DNA of 64,000 bases from an uncultured Bacillales bacterium (GTDB taxonomy: Bacteria; Bacillota_I; Bacilli_A; RF39; UBA660): assembly GCA_946536225.1 (NCBI GenBank), contig CAMNEE010000001.1, positions 333,484 to 397,483 of the forward strand, written 5' to 3'. Shown piece by piece: positions 58,679-64,000 of the stretch (position 1 is its first letter; every line of letters starts with the position of its first letter). A program made the translations under genes and the position numbers. Under the pieces are notes generated by a model. It was given only the letters and a program-made list of their open reading frames with translations. It did no database searches and had not been told where the DNA came from.

Positions 58679-59569
58679 ATGAATTATTATAATGCGATAA
58701 AAAATAAATTAATTGATAATGAAATATATTCAAAAGTAAAGGATTATTCAAAAGAAAGGCATAAAGTAATCACATATTTTGAAATAGGAAGATTATTAAA
58801 TGAAGCTGGTGGCAAGTATGGAGATAATATTATAGATGAATACTCTAAAAAATTAGTTGCAGAGGTTGGTAAAAAATATAATAGAAGGACTTTATTTAGA
58901 ATGAAGAAATTCTATAATGTATTTTGCAATGAGAAAGTGACAACAATGTTGACACAATTAACTTGGTCACATTATTTACTATTATTATCGATAAGTGATT
59001 ATGAGGAAATAATATATTATATAAATATATCTAAAAATAATAATTTAACTCAAAGACAATTACAAGAAAAAATAAAGAGTAATGAATATAAAAGAATACC
59101 TATTGAATCAAGAAACAAATTAAACAAAAATGAAATACTTAGGCCGAACGATTTAATTCCTAATCTAATAAGAATTAAAAAAAGTAATAATTATGAAAAT
59201 ATATCAGAAAAAGTATTGCAAAGACTAATACTTGAGGACATTGCGTCTTTTTTGAAAGAACTTGGAAATGGATTTACATTTATAGATAATGAATATCCAA
59301 TTAAATTTGGTAATAGATATAATTATATAGATTTGCTTCTTTATAATATTAAATACAAGTGTTATGTAGTAGTAGAATTAAAAGTAACAGAATTAAAGAA
59401 AGAACATACAGGACAGATACAAATATATATGAATTACATTGATAAAAATATTAAAACTATCGAAGAAAATGATACAGTCGGGATAATTATTTGTAAACAA
59501 AATAATGAATATGTAATTAAATATTGTTCGGATGATAGAATAATCTCTAGAGAATATGCACTTGTTTGA
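58679..59569 (+). CDS. YhcG/DUF1016-family PD-(D/E)XK nuclease-fold protein
   Basis: N-terminal 'YFEIGRLLNEAGGKYGDNIID...RRTLFRMKKFY' and 'LTWSHYLLLLSI' are YhcG_N-like. C-terminal 'IDLLLYN...VVVELKV' fits D...ExK. RBS AAGGAG. Confidence 0.6.
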   Translation: MNYYNAIKNKLIDNEIYSKVKDYSKERHKVITYFEIGRLLNEAGGKYGDNIIDEYSKKLVAEVGKKYNRRTLFRMKKFYNVFCNEKVTTMLTQLTWSHYLLLLSISDYEEIIYYINISKNNNLTQRQLQEKIKSNEYKRIPIESRNKLNKNEILRPNDLIPNLIRIKKSNNYENISEKVLQRLILEDIASFLKELGNGFTFIDNEYPIKFGNRYNYIDLLLYNIKYKCYVVVELKVTELKKEHTGQIQIYMNYIDKNIKTIEENDTVGIIICKQNNEYVIKYCSDDRIISREYALV

Positions 59570-59684
59570 TATAAAACTTATTTGTATGTATGCTTTGTTG
59601 ATAATTATAAATGGAATAAAGTATTATGAAAAATTATGATTTAATAACGAATTTCTTGAATTAGCCTAATTCAACGTATTTTCG

Positions 59685-59713
59685 TTGACAAATTGACAAC
59701 TTTTTGGTATTAT
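59685..59713 (+). promoter_or_regulatory. Consensus sigma-A promoter (TTGACA-17-TATTAT) of the rplU-prp-rpmA operon
   Basis: -35 at 59685-59690 and -10 at 59708-59713. Confidence 0.55.
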
Positions 59714-59719
59714 CTTCTT

Positions 59720-59816
59720 GTTTGTAAGTCTTTCTTACGAACCGCACAGAGAAGGTTATAAGTACTTTATGTCACCTTAATGGCGAGTCTTCAAAATTTT
59801 ATAAGGAGGTAAAAGT
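59720..59816 (+). ncRNA. Candidate ribosomal protein L21 leader (autoregulatory 5' UTR)
   Basis: A ~97-nt structured leader lies between the promoter and the rplU RBS. An L21-leader element is known at this position in Firmicutes. Not folded here. Confidence 0.3.
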
Positions 59817-60116
59817 ATGAAAGCTATATTCGTAACTGGTGGAAAACAATACTATGTTGAAGAAGGATCAGAAATCTTTGTTGAAAGATTAGAAGCTGAA
59901 GAAGGTTCTAAAGTTGATTTCGATACTGTAGTAAGCGTAGGAGACAAAGTTGGAACTCCATATGTAAAAGGAGCTAAAGTTACTTGTGAAGTTGTTAAAC
60001 ATGGAAAACAAAAGAAAATTAGAGTTTTCAAATATGTTTCAAAGAGTAACTATAGAAGAACTCAAGGTCATAGACAACCATATACTAAATTAAAAGTAGT
60101 TAAAATTGCAGGTTAA
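59817..60116 (+). CDS. rplU: 50S ribosomal protein L21
   Basis: '[17 protein letters not shown]'. 99 aa. Confidence 0.9.
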   Translation: MKAIFVTGGKQYYVEEGSEIFVERLEAEEGSKVDFDTVVSVGDKVGTPYVKGAKVTCEVVKHGKQKKIRVFKYVSKSNYRRTQGHRQPYTKLKVVKIAG

Positions 60117-60118
60117 TT

Positions 60119-60415
60119 ATGATTAAGATTAAACTTAAGGAAAATCTGATAACTATTGAAGGTCATGCTAATTATAGTGAGACTGAAGATATTGTATGTG
60201 CTAGTGTTTCATCAATCATGTATACAACAGTAAATGGTATTTTAGAATTAAATCATGATGCTATTACTTATACAGATGAAAAAGGATTAGTTACAATTAG
60301 GATTAATAGTGATGATAATGTTACTAAAAAATTAATAGACAATATGATTTCTTTATTTAAAGAACTAGAAACAGATTATCCTAAAAACGTAAAAATTTAT
60401 AAGGAGGAAATGTAA
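60119..60415 (+). CDS. prp: Ribosomal-processing cysteine protease Prp (YsxB)
   Basis: Located between rplU and rpmA. His/Cys dyad 'GHANYS' and 'IVCASVS'. 98 aa. Confidence 0.8.
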   Translation: MIKIKLKENLITIEGHANYSETEDIVCASVSSIMYTTVNGILELNHDAITYTDEKGLVTIRINSDDNVTKKLIDNMISLFKELETDYPKNVKIYKEEM

Positions 60416-60416
60416 T

Positions 60417-60707
60417 ATGTTATTTAATAGAATTTCATTAAACATCCAACGTTTTGCCCACGTTAAAGCTCAAGGTTCTACTCAAAACGGTAGAGATTCA
60501 GCTGGTAGAAGATTAGGAGCTAAACTTGCTGATGGTCAAACTGCTACTGCTGGAGCAATTATCTATAGACAAAGAGGAACTAAGATTTATCCTGGTACTA
60601 ATGTTGGTATGGGTAAAGATAATACTTTATTTGCTAAAGTTGCTGGTGTTGTAAAATACGAACAATTTGGTAGAGATAAGAAAAAAGTAAGCGTTTACGA
60701 AAAGTAA
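60417..60707 (+). CDS. rpmA: 50S ribosomal protein L27 with N-terminal propeptide
   Basis: '...NIQRFAH|[26 protein letters not shown]' is an L27 core preceded by a ~14-aa extension typical of Prp-processed L27. Confidence 0.85.
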   Translation: MLFNRISLNIQRFAHVKAQGSTQNGRDSAGRRLGAKLADGQTATAGAIIYRQRGTKIYPGTNVGMGKDNTLFAKVAGVVKYEQFGRDKKKVSVYEK

Positions 60708-60737
60708 TCGCTTTTTTATTTAAATAGTTATGAAGTA

Positions 60738-60767
60738 GGGGTAAACTTTAAAAAGTTTACCTTTTTT
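60738..60767 (+). terminator. Rho-independent terminator after rpmA
   Basis: gggtaaactt-taaaa-agtttacc followed by T6. Confidence 0.7.
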
Positions 60768-60804
60768 GTGCTTAATTATGCTATAATAAGGCAAGGTGAT
60801 TAAA

Positions 60805-63309
60805 ATGACAAAGGTAGAAAAACCTGAAGTAATTGAAAAAATCCATAATTATGCTTTAGAAGAAATCATGGGAGATCGTTTTGGAAGATATTCTAAGTAT
60901 ATTATCCAAGATAGAGCAATTCCTGATGTTAGAGATGGTTTAAAACCTGTACAAAGAAGAATTATATATGCCATGTGGCAAGATAAGAATACTCATGATA
61001 AACCATTTAAGAAGTGTGCTAATGCTGTTGGTTTAGTATTAGGTAGATATCATCCACATGGAGATACATCAGTATATGATGCATTAATTCACTTATCCCA
61101 AAAGTGGAAACAAAACTTAAATTTAGTAGAAGTTGATGGTAATAATGGTTCTATAGATGGAGATCCACCTGCAGCAATGCGTTATACTGAAACAAGACTT
61201 TCTAAAGTTTCAGAAGAAATGCTTAAAGATATTAATAAAGGTACTGTAGCAATGGCTCTTAACTATTCTGATACTATGTTAGAGCCAACTGTACTTCCTG
61301 CTAAGTATCCTAACTTACTTGTAAATGGTACAACTGGTATATCTGCTGGTTATGCAACAAATATTCCTCCTCATAATTTAGGTGAAATAATTGATGCAAC
61401 TATTAAGAGAATAGATAGTCCTAATTGTAAACTTGATACTATTTTAGAAATAGTAAAAGGACCTGACTTTCCAACAGGTGGTACTGTAGAAGGTAAGGAA
61501 CAAATTAGACAAGCACTTGAAACTGGTAAAGGTAAAGTAGTTGTTAAAGCTAAATATGAGTTTGTTAAAGAAAAAGGTAAAGAACAAATTATTATTTCAG
61601 AGATTCCTTTTGATGTTAATAAACAATTATTAGTTAAGAAAATAGATGATATTAGAATTAATAATTCAGTATTTGGTATGGCTGAAGTAAGAGACGAATC
61701 TGATAAAGATGCATTTGTAAGAATTGCTATTGATTTAAAACCAGGTGCTGATAAAGAATTAATAATGAAGTATTTATTTAAAAATACTGATTTACAAACT
61801 AATTTTTCATATAACATGGTAACTATTGTTAATAGAAGACCTAGATTACTTGGTATTTTAGGAATAATAGATGCCTATATTGCTTTTGATAGAGAAATAG
61901 TAAGAAAGAAAAGTGAATATGATTTAGAAGTAGCTAGAAGAGAAGCACATATATGTGAAGGTTTAATTAAAGCTATTTCTATACTAGATGAAGTAATTGC
62001 AACTATTAGAAAATCTAAGAATAAAAGTGATGCCGAAGATAACTTAGTAGAAAAGTTTGGTTTTACTAAAGATCAAGCAGTTGCAATTGTTACATTACAA
62101 CTTTATAGATTAACTAATACAGATATAGTTGATTTAGAAGAAAGACTTGCTAACTTACAAAAGATTATTGCTTCTTTAGAAGAAATACTTAATAATCCTG
62201 AGAAGTTAGATTCTTATATAAAAGCAGAATTAAGACAAATAAAGAAACAATATGATGTTCCTAGAAGAACAAATATTATAGATGAAGTACAAAATATAGT
62301 AATTAATCAAGATGATTTAATTCAAAAAGAAAATGTCATGGTTGTTACCACTAAACTTGGATATGTTAAGAGAGTATCCATGAAGAGTTATGCAGCAACA
62401 CCTGATGATGAAACTGGATTAAAACCAGGAGACTATGTAATTAATTTATATGAAACAAATACATTAACAAGATTACTTGCTATTACTAAGATGGGTTACT
62501 ATTTATATGTACCTGTTAATGATTTACCAAATTCTAAATGGAAAGATTTAGGTAAACATATATCTAATATTGTTACATTAGATCCAAATGATGAAATAGT
62601 AGCATCTTATATAATTGATGAAAATAATGATAATCCAAATATTATTATTGCATCTTCAAAAGGTATGGTTAAAAAGACTGCTTTAAAAGACTTCATTGTT
62701 CAAAGATATAGTAAAGTATATACAGCAATGAAATTAAAAGAAGGAGACTATTTAGTAAGTGCTGCCTTAGAAGATGATAAGATATTAATAGTATCAAGAG
62801 ATGGATATTATTTAAGTTACTTTAGTAAAGAAATACCTTTTGCTGGTGTAAAAGCAAGTGGTGTAAAAGGTATTGCACTTCATGATGATGATATTGTTGT
62901 ATCTTGCATGGGTTATAAAGAAACTGATGAATATTTAGATATATTCACTAGTCAAAAGACTGCTAAACGTATTAAGATAAGTGACCTTCAAACTCTTAGT
63001 AGAGCTAAAAGAGGAGGAACTTTGATTAAGAAAGTTAAGACTACAAAATATGATATTGTTACAGCATTTATTTCTGATGCTAAAGATAAGATTGGTTTAC
63101 AATTATTAGAAGATGTTGAAGTATTAAAAAATTCTGCAATTTCTATTATGGATCTTGCCTCTACTGGTTCAACAATTTCAAAGAAAAACTATCTATGTGC
63201 ATTTGTATTTGCAACACCAATTAAGATAGAAGAAAGTATAAAACCAAATAAGAAAAAAGAAGAAATTGTAGAAGAACAACAATCATTTATAGAAGAGTTT
63301 AAGATATAA
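60805..63309 (+). CDS. parC: DNA topoisomerase IV subunit A (ParC-type)
   Basis: 'GDRFGRYSKYIIQDRAIPDVRDGLKPVQRRIIYAM' matches the ParC N-terminus. Active-site region 'AAMRYTE'. No parE/gyrB is adjacent. Confidence 0.7.
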   Translation: MTKVEKPEVIEKIHNYALEEIMGDRFGRYSKYIIQDRAIPDVRDGLKPVQRRIIYAMWQDKNTHDKPFKKCANAVGLVLGRYHPHGDTSVYDALIHLSQKWKQNLNLVEVDGNNGSIDGDPPAAMRYTETRLSKVSEEMLKDINKGTVAMALNYSDTMLEPTVLPAKYPNLLVNGTTGISAGYATNIPPHNLGEIIDATIKRIDSPNCKLDTILEIVKGPDFPTGGTVEGKEQIRQALETGKGKVVVKAKYEFVKEKGKEQIIISEIPFDVNKQLLVKKIDDIRINNSVFGMAEVRDESDKDAFVRIAIDLKPGADKELIMKYLFKNTDLQTNFSYNMVTIVNRRPRLLGILGIIDAYIAFDREIVRKKSEYDLEVARREAHICEGLIKAISILDEVIATIRKSKNKSDAEDNLVEKFGFTKDQAVAIVTLQLYRLTNTDIVDLEERLANLQKIIASLEEILNNPEKLDSYIKAELRQIKKQYDVPRRTNIIDEVQNIVINQDDLIQKENVMVVTTKLGYVKRVSMKSYAATPDDETGLKPGDYVINLYETNTLTRLLAITKMGYYLYVPVNDLPNSKWKDLGKHISNIVTLDPNDEIVASYIIDENNDNPNIIIASSKGMVKKTALKDFIVQRYSKVYTAMKLKEGDYLVSAALEDDKILIVSRDGYYLSYFSKEIPFAGVKASGVKGIALHDDDIVVSCMGYKETDEYLDIFTSQKTAKRIKISDLQTLSRAKRGGTLIKKVKTTKYDIVTAFISDAKDKIGLQLLEDVEVLKNSAISIMDLASTGSTISKKNYLCAFVFATPIKIEESIKPNKKKEEIVEEQQSFIEEFKI

Positions 63310-63382
63310 TTCTTAAATTCTTCTTTTTTGTTGAAAAAGATTCCTAAATTCTTTATAATTTATCTAGAATTAAGGTGAAGAT

Positions 63383-63928
63383 ATGAAAAAGTATTTAATT
63401 ATTCTTTTGATTGCATTTTTATTTGTTTTTTCTGGGGGAGTAACTACTTACAAGACAACTATTAACAGTTTACAATCTAATTATTTTCGTCTAGTTGATT
63501 ATGAAAATGCTAAGAGTAATTTTTATTTAGATTCTGTTTATGTAATGGATGGAAAACTTGAACCTGAGTTTAATGATGATACATATAACTATAAAGTATA
63601 TGTTCCTTCAAATACTAAAAAGTTAACAATGTCTTTTAGACCTCAGTCTAAGTATTGTACTGGTGAGATTGAAGGAAATGAAAATCTAACTAATGGATCT
63701 GTTGTTAAAATTAATACTGTAGATGGGACAGGAGCAACATTTACATATACTTTTACTGTGGTTTACTCGAATTCAAAAGTTTTAATAGTTATATTAATAA
63801 TATTTATATCTTTAATTGTATTAGGTGGAATAACAGTTTTAGTTTTATATATATTACAAAAGAAAGGTTATATACATCTAAACTTTAAGAAAAAAGAAGA
63901 AGTAGAAAATGGAAATTATGTAAATTAA
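63383..63928 (+). CDS. Hypothetical type I membrane protein (signal peptide, beta-rich ectodomain, C-terminal TM)
   Basis: N-terminal signal-like helix. C-terminal 'VLIVILIIFISLIVLGGITVLVLYIL' TM followed by a basic tail. Confidence 0.4.
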   Translation: MKKYLIILLIAFLFVFSGGVTTYKTTINSLQSNYFRLVDYENAKSNFYLDSVYVMDGKLEPEFNDDTYNYKVYVPSNTKKLTMSFRPQSKYCTGEIEGNENLTNGSVVKINTVDGTGATFTYTFTVVYSNSKVLIVILIIFISLIVLGGITVLVLYILQKKGYIHLNFKKKEEVENGNYVN

Positions 63929-64000
63929 TTTCCTTTTATATTGAAAAAATAATTATAAAAATTTATAATTTATAATAGAAAGGAAGATGAAAATGAAAAA

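Noticed and set aside
59570-59700. tRNA or other structured RNA gene in the AT-rich gap before rplU
   Set aside because: There is no cloverleaf-compatible sequence and no GTTCGA-type T-arm. The region is better explained by promoter elements and a short inverted repeat.

Overview
This is a low-GC (~28%), standard-code (TGA is a stop) Firmicutes-type chromosomal window (Erysipelotrichia- or Clostridia-like), densely coded and mostly on the + strand. The housekeeping backbone includes rpsB-tsf, recU-ponA, engB, der, rimM-trmD, lon, mutS, rplU-prp-rpmA and parC. I flag three accessory systems. (1) Dispersed type IV pilus / pseudopilus components: a PilB/GspE ATPase with a Pro/Thr-repeat C-terminal tail, an orphan major prepilin wedged between engB and der, and an operon of three very large prepilin-like proteins (387, 928 and 1027 aa). 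The last of these carries a DUF285-like 'MF..C..L' repeat module and the operon is flanked by Lon and a YlbL-like membrane Lon/PDZ protease. This is the strongest candidate for an undescribed system: giant modular pilins that would display adhesin-like repeat domains. (2) A 13-gene NAD salvage/recycling operon (two unknowns, pncA, pncB, unknown, Nudix, NadR-like NMNAT, pnuC, nadE, nadD, pncC, nrtR, prs). Its sigma-A-like promoter is overlapped by a perfect 9-bp inverted repeat, with two further palindromic copies downstream; I read these as candidate operators for the NrtR encoded in the operon. (3) Three paralogous hybrid sensor kinases. Two are full-length with dual receiver domains and no HPt domain. 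The third has lost the phospho-accepting His and the receiver Asp. Smaller observations: a GNAT gene interrupted by an in-frame TAA; a RhuM fragment plus a YhcG-like PD-(D/E)XK nuclease between mutS and rplU where mutL would be expected; ribosomal protein S2 with a Rho_N-like C-terminal tail; a PBP1A with a ~150-aa polybasic cytoplasmic tail; and several unannotated small proteins. I found no tRNA or rRNA genes, CRISPR arrays, or IS/transposase genes.
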